From Pseudomonadota bacterium (GTDB lineage: Bacteria; Desulfobacterota; Binatia; Binatales; Binataceae), in the NCBI GenBank assembly GCA_021323675.1, contig JAJPKP010000061.1:11955-75954 (forward strand): 64,000 nt of DNA. The letters run 5' to 3'. Shown here one piece after another: positions 40,112-50,919 of the stretch. The position numbers and the translations under genes are program-made. The notes beneath the pieces are model-generated. The model was not told the DNA's origin. It saw nothing but the letters and a program-made list of their open reading frames with translations, and did not search any database. Numbering within the stretch: the stretch's first letter is position 1; every line of letters starts with the position of its first letter.

Positions 40112-40447
40112 ATGCCGAAGACTATTCCCGCATCGAAGGACCCGAAGACGGCGGCCGCGCCAACCGGGGCGACCAGGATGCGCACCTGTGTCGGGTGCAT
40201 GACGCGGGATCGCAAGGAAGCGATGGTTCGAATTGTCGGGAGTGAAAGGGGCCTGGTTCCTGATTTCGGAGCGCGAGCCCCCGGACGCGGCGGATATCTT
40301 CATCCGCGCACGGAATGCATGGAGCGGTTCCTGAAATCCAGGGCCAGAGAGTTTCGATCGCTCAGGATGAAGATCGACCGAGACCAGAGAAGTTCAATCA
40401 TTGAGGCGATCAGAGGGCGACTGGATAGAGAGCCGTCGCTCGAATAG
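40112..40447 (+). CDS. ylxR: YlxR (DUF448) family RNA-binding protein
   Basis: RTCVGC, PGRGGYL; position between nusA and infB. Confidence 0.85.
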   Translation: MPKTIPASKDPKTAAAPTGATRMRTCVGCMTRDRKEAMVRIVGSERGLVPDFGARAPGRGGYLHPRTECMERFLKSRAREFRSLRMKIDRDQRSSIIEAIRGRLDREPSLE

Positions 40448-40457
40448 AATAGAAAAG

Positions 40458-43340
<2,883 letters not shown>

Positions 43341-43388
43341 TTTCCGCTGGCGCCCTGCGCGGGCGCCGCGTGCAGGAGGGGAGGGGCA

Positions 43389-43676
43389 ATGGTCGTCGGC
43401 GTGTTGCGGCTTACGCTTTTCCTGCCGGAAAATCACTCGCTCAAAGGCAAGCGGCAGGTCTTGCGGGCGATCAAAGACCGAGTGCGCAACAAGTTCAACG
43501 TCTCGATCGCCGAGTCAGACGGTCACGACATGTGGCAGCGCGCGGAACTGGGCATCTGCCAGGTTGGCAGCGACCGCTCCTTCGTGGATGGCGCGCTGCG
43601 CGAGGTCGTGAACTTCATCGACTCCCTCGGGCTTGCTCCGCTGGGCGAGGAACAACTCGAGATTATCAACTACTGA
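43389..43676 (+). CDS. DUF503 family protein
   Basis: HSLKGKRQV, FNVSIAE, D.WQRAELG. Confidence 0.9.
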   Translation: MVVGVLRLTLFLPENHSLKGKRQVLRAIKDRVRNKFNVSIAESDGHDMWQRAELGICQVGSDRSFVDGALREVVNFIDSLGLAPLGEEQLEIINY

Positions 43677-43713
43677 GCGCCGCGAGAGCGGCGACCGGTT
43701 CGAAAAAAAGCTG

Positions 43714-44064
43714 GTGAGCGAAGTACGCAGAGCGGAGCGGGTGGCGGAACTCGTGCTGCGCGAGGTTTCCGGGATGTTAATCAGGGACCTCAAGGATCCG
43801 CGGCTGCGCGGCGTGACACTGACCGCCGTTACGATGGCCGACGATCTGCGGCACGGCCGCGTGTTTTTCTCGCATATCGAGGGCAAGGCGCGGGCCGCCG
43901 CGGCAATCGCGGGCTTCCGGAGCGCCAGCGGGTTTATCCGGCGTGAAATCGGGCGCTCGCTCGGGCTTCGATACACTCCGGAACTCGACTTCGAGTTCGA
44001 CCCGGGGCCGGAGCGCGCCGCGCGCATCGGCGAGCTGCTGCGCGAAGCGAGGAGCAAGGACTAG
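43714..44064 (+). CDS. rbfA: 30S ribosome-binding factor A
   Basis: RRAERVAE, KDPRL, LRYTPELDFEFD; GTG start approximate. Confidence 0.92.
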   Translation: MSEVRRAERVAELVLREVSGMLIRDLKDPRLRGVTLTAVTMADDLRHGRVFFSHIEGKARAAAAIAGFRSASGFIRREIGRSLGLRYTPELDFEFDPGPERAARIGELLREARSKD

Positions 44065-44142
44065 GCTGCGCGATGCTGCCTGGCTGTTAAAGGGCGCCGC
44101 CCTTCCCCCTTGAAATTTGAGGAGCGCGATCATAGTTATCTG

Positions 44143-44328
44143 CTAAACGGTTGGTTTGCTTAAACGTTCGTTTAGGGACCTGCCGAATAGCGATGGCTTA
44201 AGCGCCGATGCGCGCGCCGGAACGCGCAACCTCCCGTAAAGGCGCGGCGCAAAGGCTTTAGGCGTTCTCGACCCAACCCGAGACCCGGAGGGCCGGCCCC
44301 GTCGATCGAGGCCGGTCCTCCCCCCTTT
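44143..44328 (+). ncRNA. Candidate structured small RNA between rbfA and truB
   Basis: Upstream TTGAAA...TAGTTA promoter-like signal, four successive hairpins, terminal 12-bp GC stem, no credible ORF. Confidence 0.4.
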
Positions 44329-44386
44329 GCGCCTTTCACTGTCTTATCTCGCCCGATCTGGCGGGCTATGCTGGATGGCTCCGCGA

Positions 44387-45277
44387 ATGAATGCGATTGT
44401 CATAGTGGACAAGCCGTCCGGGATGACCTCGGCTGAGGTTGTTCGCAGAGTGAAGCGGGTGGTCAGGCCCGCCCGTGTCGGCCATCTGGGGACCCTGGAT
44501 CCGTTCGCAACCGGCGTCCTTCCGGTTCTCATCGGCGAAGCGACGAAGCTTGCTCATTTCATGGAGGGCGGCGACAAGCGCTATCAGGGCCTGATCGCTT
44601 TGGGAACGGAGACAGACACTCTCGATCGCGAGGGCGAGGTGGTGCGAACCGCCGAGGTGCCGCCGCTGGACAGGGAACGCCTCGCCGAGATCGAGCGCAG
44701 GTTCACGGGCAAGATAACGCAGGTGCCTCCCGTGTTTTCGGCCATCAAGCGCGCCGGCGTGCCGCTTTACCGGCTCGCGCGACAGGGCGTCGAAATCGAA
44801 CCGCCTGAACCGCGCGAGGTCGAAATTCGGCTTTTGAAATTGGAGGCCGCGGCGCGTGATTCGATTCGCCTCGAGGCGGTGTGCTCGCCCGGAACGTATA
44901 TCAGATCGCTAGCGCGCGACATCGGGATCGCGCTCGGCTCCGCCGCTCATCTAGCGGAACTCAGGCGCCTGTGGACAGCGGGCTATTCGATTGAAGATGC
45001 GTCGCCGCTCGAGGCGGTCCTGCAAGCTCTGGAATCGGGCGACTGGAAATATGCGCGCCTTCTTGATCTGGCCGAGGCGATGCCGGGTCTGCCTTGCGCG
45101 AAGCTCGATCCTGTCCTGGAAAAGAGGCTCAGAAACGGGGATTCGTCGGCGCTGGACCTGATGGTGCCGGCGGGCGCGGGAATCTTCAAGGTGCTGAGTT
45201 TGGCGGGGAATCTGATTGCGATCGCGCGCGCGACGTCACGCACCACCGCGGCAATCGAGCGAATCTTCAATAGCTGA
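44387..45277 (+). CDS. truB: tRNA pseudouridine(55) synthase
   Basis: DKPSGMTS, GHLGTLDPFATGVL, QVPPVFSAIK, GTYIRSLARD. Confidence 0.95.
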   Translation: MNAIVIVDKPSGMTSAEVVRRVKRVVRPARVGHLGTLDPFATGVLPVLIGEATKLAHFMEGGDKRYQGLIALGTETDTLDREGEVVRTAEVPPLDRERLAEIERRFTGKITQVPPVFSAIKRAGVPLYRLARQGVEIEPPEPREVEIRLLKLEAAARDSIRLEAVCSPGTYIRSLARDIGIALGSAAHLAELRRLWTAGYSIEDASPLEAVLQALESGDWKYARLLDLAEAMPGLPCAKLDPVLEKRLRNGDSSALDLMVPAGAGIFKVLSLAGNLIAIARATSRTTAAIERIFNS

Positions 45278-45385
45278 AACGGACCCGCGGGCGGAATCTC
45301 GCGTCGCAGGCATATGGCGCGACGGCGGCCGCGCTGTCCGAGCGACGCTGGCTGCCCAGGCTCGCCTCGTGATATGCATCGCCTC

Positions 45386-46228
45386 ATGAAATTCGGACTA
45401 TTCGGAATCAATAACGGCGCCTGCGCCTTTCCAGACACTGCCGCGACAGTGGCCCGCGCCGCGGAAGCGTCAGGTTTCGAGAGCTTGTGGACGGGTGAGC
45501 ATGTCATCCTTCCCGATCCGCAGGTTCCCCCGTCTCCCGTGCCTGCCGATTATCCGATGGACGATCCCGCGGTGGCGCTCGCTTTCGTGGCGGCGCACAC
45601 GAGCAGGGTTCGGCTGGGCACCGGAATCATCATCCTGCCGCAGCGCAATCCGGTGGTGCTCGCCAAGCAATTGGCGTCACTCGACGTGCTCTCGAAAGGC
45701 CGGCTCATCTTCGGCATCGGCGTCGGCTATCTGAAGCCTGAGTTCGACGCGATAGGGGCGCCTTTCGACCACAAGGGAGCCCGGAGCGAGGAATTTCTGG
45801 CGGCGATGATCGCGTTGTGGTCGATGGAAAAGCCTCAGTTTGCCGGCCGATGGGTCAGCTTCAAGGGCGTCAATGCGATGCCGCGTCCGGTCCAGAAGCC
45901 GCATCCGGAGATAGTGTTCGGAGGCCACACGCCCGAGGCCTACGGTCGCGCAGCGCGGCTGGCGCGGGGATGGTACGGCTTCGCGCTGGATGTCGATGGC
46001 GCTCGCAAGTGCATCGAAGGCCTCCGCGAGGCCTGCGCAAAGGCTGGTCGCAAGTTCGAGGAGCTGGAGATTAGCGTGACGCCACGTCCGCCAGTGGATC
46101 TGGATACGGCCAAGCGATTTGCTGAAGCCGGGGTCCATCGCCTGATTCTCCTAACGAGAGCATCGGACGAGCAGGGTCTGCTCAAGGAAGTGGACTCAGC
46201 TGCGACGAAGCTCATCGGCCGCGTCTGA
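45386..46228 (+). CDS. LLM-class, probably F420-dependent oxidoreductase (Rv2161c-like)
   Basis: GFESLWTGEHV, LAKQLASLDVLSKGRL, PRPVQKPHP. Confidence 0.85.
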   Translation: MKFGLFGINNGACAFPDTAATVARAAEASGFESLWTGEHVILPDPQVPPSPVPADYPMDDPAVALAFVAAHTSRVRLGTGIIILPQRNPVVLAKQLASLDVLSKGRLIFGIGVGYLKPEFDAIGAPFDHKGARSEEFLAAMIALWSMEKPQFAGRWVSFKGVNAMPRPVQKPHPEIVFGGHTPEAYGRAARLARGWYGFALDVDGARKCIEGLREACAKAGRKFEELEISVTPRPPVDLDTAKRFAEAGVHRLILLTRASDEQGLLKEVDSAATKLIGRV

Positions 46229-46435
46229 TCGAGAAGCAGCGAAACGAGCTTGGGTGACGAGTGATCGGCAGGAGACCGCTGGAGTAGTCTGTCTTTATAA
46301 ATCGTGGTCTTTATCAAGCAACTTTAGTCTGCAGACTGCCAATTTCCCGTCACAAGTGCCAAAAAGTCAGCACTGATCGGAGTATTAGCTCGAAACTTAG
46401 GCCCGTTTCGTCTAGGAAATCTCTAGACGGATTGT

Positions 46436-46451
46436 CGGCATGCCTCTTGCG
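46436..46451 (+). promoter_or_regulatory. sigma54 (-24/-12) promoter
   Basis: CGGCATGCCTCTTGC: GG-N10-GC at 46437-46450, close to TGGCACN4TTGC; AT-rich upstream region. Confidence 0.65.
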
Positions 46452-46517
46452 TTTCACTCAGCACTGGGCCGCAATAGCAGCCTATGTAATGCTCGCACAA
46501 GAAAGGGGAGAACGGAG

Positions 46518-46706
46518 ATGAAGTCGGACACCACGCATGTTCTAACGGTCAAGGAGCTTTCAGATTACCTGAAGGTGCATCCGTCCACGATCTATCGCCA
46601 GTTGAAGAGAGGCAACCTGCCGGCTTTCAAAGTGGGCAGCGATTGGCGTTTCAACATCGAGTCGATTGACCGCTGGCGCCTCGAGCAGGACAGCTTCAAG
46701 GGCTAG
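46518..46706 (+). CDS. Stand-alone HTH_17 (excisionase/BldC-like) DNA-binding protein, 62 aa
   Basis: LTVKELSDYLKVHPSTIYR...LPAFKVGSDWRF; GGGGAG RBS. Confidence 0.88.
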   Translation: MKSDTTHVLTVKELSDYLKVHPSTIYRQLKRGNLPAFKVGSDWRFNIESIDRWRLEQDSFKG

Positions 46707-46728
46707 GTTTTAGACACTCGAGCCAGAC

Positions 46729-46774
46729 AAGAGGGGCGCGGCCGGCCGATACGCGTGCAGCCGCGCCCTTTTTC
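46729..46774 (+). terminator. Intrinsic terminator between convergent genes
   Basis: GGGCGCGGC...GCCGCGCCC-TTTTT. Confidence 0.7.
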
Positions 46775-46777
46775 TGT

Positions 46778-48745
46778 TCATGAATCTCCTTCCGGATCGC
46801 TGTCGATCGAGCGCAAATAGTCAAACGCAAGCCATCCTCTGAGCGGATCAACTCGGCTGATCTGCACCAATACCGGGCTCTGGTCGGGAAGGCTTGGGGC
46901 GCCGCGGAGGGTTCCCCTTACCGCAAAGTCAGCCAGCTCGGCAGTGGCACCTTCTCGGGCGACAAATGCCTTAAGGGGTGAACCCATCGAGTTGCGTTCA
47001 AGGTAGCGCAGAATCCAGTAGCGCTTTGCACGACGTTCGAGTTCGCGTCCGCTGGCTTCGGCGGCTTCGGCGCCGGCCAGCACCGTAAGCAATTCTTCCA
47101 CGCTGTAGGGCTGGACGGGACGTTCGGCCAGCGAAGCGACCAACTGGCGCTGCAACACGAGATCGGCGTAACGGCGGATCGGCGAGCTGAACTGGGCGTA
47201 GTAGTCGAGTCCAACCCCGGCGTGGTACTCGGGGTAGAGCGATAAGCGGGGGCGCTGCCCCTCGCCGCGCGTTTCCGGCTGGACGCGGTAAATGATTGGG
47301 ATCCGGTTTTCCGCGGCGAATCGCGCGGCCACGAAATTGCTCAGCACCATGAATTCCGCCACCAGGCTGCGGCTTGGCGAGTTGCTGTCGAGCACGCGAA
47401 TCTGGATGTCTCCGTCGCGCACGATGACTTTGGGCTCGCGGCGATGGACCATCGCGGCCCCGGCCATCCGCCGGCGCTCGCGCAGCTTTCCAGCGGATTG
47501 GTGCAGCAGGCGCAGCATGGCGCCGACGCGGTCATTGCTCGGTGCGGAGGCGAGCGCGCGGTCCGCCTCTCCGTAATCGAGGCGTTTTACGATCCGGATG
47601 CGCGCCGGGTAGATGGTCGCGTTTTCGATCTCGCCGGATGGCGAAATCGTGAGGTCGGTGGTCAGGACGTGCCGCTCCCGATCCTGAACAAGGCTCGCGC
47701 GTTCGGACGAGATGCTCTCGGGCAGCATCGGCACCGTCGTCTCGGGCAGATACACGGTGGTTGCGCGGCTGGCGGCTTCCTGATCGACCGCTCCGCCTTT
47801 CGCCACGAAGTCCGCGACCAGCGCGATATGTACGCACACCCTGAGCCCGCCGCTCGCAAGCATCTCGCACGACAGCGCGTCGTCGATTTCAACGGTGTCG
47901 TCGTCATCGATGGTGATTGTAAATCCCGCGTCGATGAAGGGCCGAGGCGCCGCCACGGCCGCCGCGGCCTCGGCGAGGGCCGCATCGCTGAAGCGCGTGG
48001 GCAGCCCGGCGATGAAAGCGAAGCGCGGAGCGTCGGGTTTTGCGCCGAGGCGTTCGAGGGTCTCGAAGCAGGTTTCGGCGGGATCGAGGTCGGGGGCGGC
48101 GGCGGTGAGTATTTGGGTCAAATCGCGGCTGCGAGTGGATGGATTGCGGAGGTACTTGGCGAGCTCGTCCGCCAAAGCGGCGGTCTCGGGTGAGGGCGGT
48201 GGCACCGCGCCGCTCAGGATGTCACGAACCATCGACTGGGTCCGGCGCGCACCTTCGCTGCGGCCGCGAATCCGGTCCTGCTGAAGCCTCAGGCGTTCGA
48301 CCTGCTCCGGGGATCGGGGCACAAATTCCATATGGCGGCGGACAAAAAACAGCCGGTCATTGATTAGCGCTTCAAGCATCACCGAGGTCGCCACCGCCGA
48401 TCGCGTTCCGAAGAAAAGTTCCGCGAGTTCAGCGGCCGAGAATCCGCGCCCTTGTTCCTGCGCCACCTCCCAGAGCAGATTGAGATCGAGTTCATCAGCG
48501 AGCTCGGCGCGCTCGGATTGAAACGCCGCGATTGCGGCCGAGGCCTGATCGCGCGCCGGGCGGCGCTCGGGATGCTGGAGCATCACGAGGTCGCGTGACA
48601 CCAGGTGTTCCTGTCCGGCCGCGTCAACGATCGCCACATGGCGATCCTGTTCGCGTACCACGAGGCCGGCGCGAAACTGGCCGCGATCGAGGTACTCGAC
48701 CAGCGAACCGGACCATTTTTCCAATCGGGACATCTCAAGTTTCAT
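46778..48745 (-). CDS. RNB-domain exoribonuclease (RNase II family)
   Basis: TIDDDDTVEIDDALS, LVAEFMVLSN, QFSSPIRRYADL. Confidence 0.9.
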   Translation of the reverse strand: MKLEMSRLEKWSGSLVEYLDRGQFRAGLVVREQDRHVAIVDAAGQEHLVSRDLVMLQHPERRPARDQASAAIAAFQSERAELADELDLNLLWEVAQEQGRGFSAAELAELFFGTRSAVATSVMLEALINDRLFFVRRHMEFVPRSPEQVERLRLQQDRIRGRSEGARRTQSMVRDILSGAVPPPSPETAALADELAKYLRNPSTRSRDLTQILTAAAPDLDPAETCFETLERLGAKPDAPRFAFIAGLPTRFSDAALAEAAAAVAAPRPFIDAGFTITIDDDDTVEIDDALSCEMLASGGLRVCVHIALVADFVAKGGAVDQEAASRATTVYLPETTVPMLPESISSERASLVQDRERHVLTTDLTISPSGEIENATIYPARIRIVKRLDYGEADRALASAPSNDRVGAMLRLLHQSAGKLRERRRMAGAAMVHRREPKVIVRDGDIQIRVLDSNSPSRSLVAEFMVLSNFVAARFAAENRIPIIYRVQPETRGEGQRPRLSLYPEYHAGVGLDYYAQFSSPIRRYADLVLQRQLVASLAERPVQPYSVEELLTVLAGAEAAEASGRELERRAKRYWILRYLERNSMGSPLKAFVAREGATAELADFAVRGTLRGAPSLPDQSPVLVQISRVDPLRGWLAFDYLRSIDSDPEGDS

Positions 48746-48789
48746 TTTGACGATGCCCCGCAACAAAGACTATATGGAAGGGCTAACCC

Positions 48790-49008
48790 ATGGCTCGAAT
48801 CGAAATCGACCTGCCGGACGAGCTCCGCGACGATCTTCGAAAGGTCGCTGACGCGCTGGGCTTCCACCTGCTGTCGGAGGCGGCGTTGATTGCGATAGCC
48901 GACTGGACCGCGCGGCGCAAAGCCGAGCTGGACGATAGGGACCCGAGCCAGAGATACTTCGTGAACGAGGCGTTGGATGAACTCATCGCAAAACAAATCA
49001 AGAAATAA
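48790..49008 (+). CDS. Small protein, ribbon-helix-helix-like N-terminus
   Basis: ARIEIDLPDELRDDLRKVADALG alternating beta strand followed by helices. Confidence 0.55.
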   Translation: MARIEIDLPDELRDDLRKVADALGFHLLSEAALIAIADWTARRKAELDDRDPSQRYFVNEALDELIAKQIKK

Positions 49009-50032
49009 CCTCCTCCTGGGCATCGTTGTCTCCGGCCTAGTACTTGGCGCCGCTGCGATGCTGACCCCGAGTTCCCGGGCGCTTGCGGCCGGCAAATCCA
49101 AAGGCGTCGAGGTCGAGATTCCGTACGAGGCCACCGTCCTCAAGACCTCCCTCACTTCGCCGCTTTATGTGAACGACGCGAGCGGCGGGATGGTTGTATC
49201 GGATGCGGCAGGGGGAGTTTATTCGGTCAGTCTCTCCGGCAAAACCACCGAGTTGGCCGGCAAATCGAAAGTGAAACATCCCGCAGGCGTTGCTAAGGCT
49301 CCTTCAGGGTTCGGAGCCGGCGGGCAGGTCTACGTTCTGGCTTCCGGCGATGACGCCGCGGGGCCGTGCGAGGTGGACGCAATCGACTCGTCAGGCGGTG
49401 TGAGCACGTTTGCCAAGCTTCCGGACGCCGCGGGGGGCAAGCCCACGGATTGCCGGGATCTGCAGTTTGGCGCAGCGGGAACGCCGTATGCCGGCAAGCT
49501 GTATGCCGCGACCGCCGGCAATTCGACGATTTATGCGATCGACTCGTCCGGCAAGGCGGCCGCCTTCGGATCCTTCGACAAGCCTATCGCTTTCGACCTG
49601 ACGACCATCGGCTTTGCGCCGGCCAGCGATCCGAAGGCTCCCAACATGATGCTGGTAGGGATGCGGCCGAAGATGCAGGGCGCGGCGAAAGTCGGGCGCA
49701 TCGGCGTGGTCGGCCCGGACGGCAAGCTCAAGGACGATCCCTATCTGGTCGGATTCATCCGCCCGAGCGGATTCGGCACCTCGCCGGCAAATTGGGGTTC
49801 CTATGGCGATACGTTCTTCATCGCGGATTTTGGCAAGCCCGCATCGGCCGAAGGTGGCACCACGGACGGCTCGCTCTATCGTGTGTACAAGGGCGTTGCG
49901 CGTCCCTTCGCCAGCAACCTGGCGGATCCGACTTCGATGAAGTTCATCGGCGGCAAGATGGTAATTGCCGATCCGGCAATCAAAGGAGCGCCGGGATCGG
50001 GCGGTATCGTCGTAATTTCGTCTCTCCTCTAG
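48977..50032 (+). CDS. Secreted beta-propeller-like protein
   Basis: Signal peptide; repeated blade-like motifs (HPAGVA, YAGKLYAA, RPSGFG, DPTSMKF). Confidence 0.68.
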   Translation: MNSSQNKSRNNLLLGIVVSGLVLGAAAMLTPSSRALAAGKSKGVEVEIPYEATVLKTSLTSPLYVNDASGGMVVSDAAGGVYSVSLSGKTTELAGKSKVKHPAGVAKAPSGFGAGGQVYVLASGDDAAGPCEVDAIDSSGGVSTFAKLPDAAGGKPTDCRDLQFGAAGTPYAGKLYAATAGNSTIYAIDSSGKAAAFGSFDKPIAFDLTTIGFAPASDPKAPNMMLVGMRPKMQGAAKVGRIGVVGPDGKLKDDPYLVGFIRPSGFGTSPANWGSYGDTFFIADFGKPASAEGGTTDGSLYRVYKGVARPFASNLADPTSMKFIGGKMVIADPAIKGAPGSGGIVVISSLL

Positions 50033-50106
50033 CGTGTCGAGGTCTCCGGTGGATTCGCTGTTTTGAGGGATCGCCGGAGACCTTTTACTCTCGGTCCTGG
50101 CGCACT

Positions 50107-50769
50107 TCAGGGTGAGAGCCGCTCAAGAATCCACTGCGAGTTGATTCGCCGATAGCACAGCCGATCGTGCAGGCGGTTGGGCCGGCCCTGCCAGAACTCG
50201 ATGACTTCGGGCCGGAGAATATAGCCGCCCCAGTATGCCGGCCGAGGGACATCCTGGTTGAGGAAGCGATGCTCCATCTCGCGCATCACGCGGTTCAGTT
50301 CATGCCGATCTGGAATCGGCTGGCTCTGGTGTGAAACCCAGGCCGAGAGCTGATGGCTGCGCGGGCGGTCGCGAAAGTATTCGTCGGACTCCGCGGCTTC
50401 GGTTTTGAATACTTTTCCCGTGATACGCACCTGGCGCTCGAGTGACGGCCAATGAAAGACGAGGGCGGCGTTGGGATTCTCGGCGAGGTCGCGCCCCTTG
50501 CGGCTCTCGTAATTGGTGAAAAAGGCAAACCCGCGGTTATCGACGCGTCTCAGCAGCGCAACACGTGCTGAAACCTCGCCGCTTCGATTTGCGGTGGCCA
50601 GCGTCATCGCATGCGGCTCGTCCACTTGCGCATCGATCGCTTCGTCCATCCAGTTGCCAAACTGCAAAATCGGGTCGGCATCCAGGTCCTCGGCATTGAG
50701 CACGCCCGCCCGGTACTCCTTGCGCGAGGTTTTGATGAAGTGATGAACGCGGTGATGAATCTGGCTCAT
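50107..50769 (-). CDS. pdxH: Pyridoxamine 5'-phosphate oxidase
   Basis: FFTNYESRKG, RQVRITG, EFWQGRPNRLHDR. Confidence 0.95.
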   Translation of the reverse strand: MSQIHHRVHHFIKTSRKEYRAGVLNAEDLDADPILQFGNWMDEAIDAQVDEPHAMTLATANRSGEVSARVALLRRVDNRGFAFFTNYESRKGRDLAENPNAALVFHWPSLERQVRITGKVFKTEAAESDEYFRDRPRSHQLSAWVSHQSQPIPDRHELNRVMREMEHRFLNQDVPRPAYWGGYILRPEVIEFWQGRPNRLHDRLCYRRINSQWILERLSP

Positions 50770-50855
50770 GTGACAATGCCTCCCCGCGGGGCATAATCGA
50801 TTCTTCAGCGGGAAAGATCAAATTGCCGCCGACGCTTCAGGAACTTCTTTACACG

Positions 50856-50895
50856 AAGAAAGAAAGAGGGCTGCCGGAGAATTCCGGCAGCCCTC
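50856..50895 (-). terminator. Intrinsic terminator after the G8-domain gene
   Basis: 13-bp perfect stem GAGGGCTGCCGGA/TCCGGCAGCCCTC, followed on - by TTTCTTTCTT. Confidence 0.85.
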
Positions 50896-50919
50896 ACGAT
50901 CGCGGTATCGAGTTGAACC

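Noticed and set aside
38662-40215. Long antisense ORFs (517 aa here; also 51631..53283, 35879..37099, 6386..7540 and others)
   Set aside because: These are typical stop-poor antisense frames of high-GC genes and carry no recognisable motifs
44143-44328. Calling the candidate sRNA 6S RNA
   Set aside because: The size fits, but I see serial hairpins rather than one rod with 5'-3' pairing and a central bubble; this needs a covariance-model search
46518-46706. Excisionase as a marker of a prophage or ICE
   Set aside because: No integrase, tRNA target, att repeats or phage genes nearby; the flanks are housekeeping-type genes
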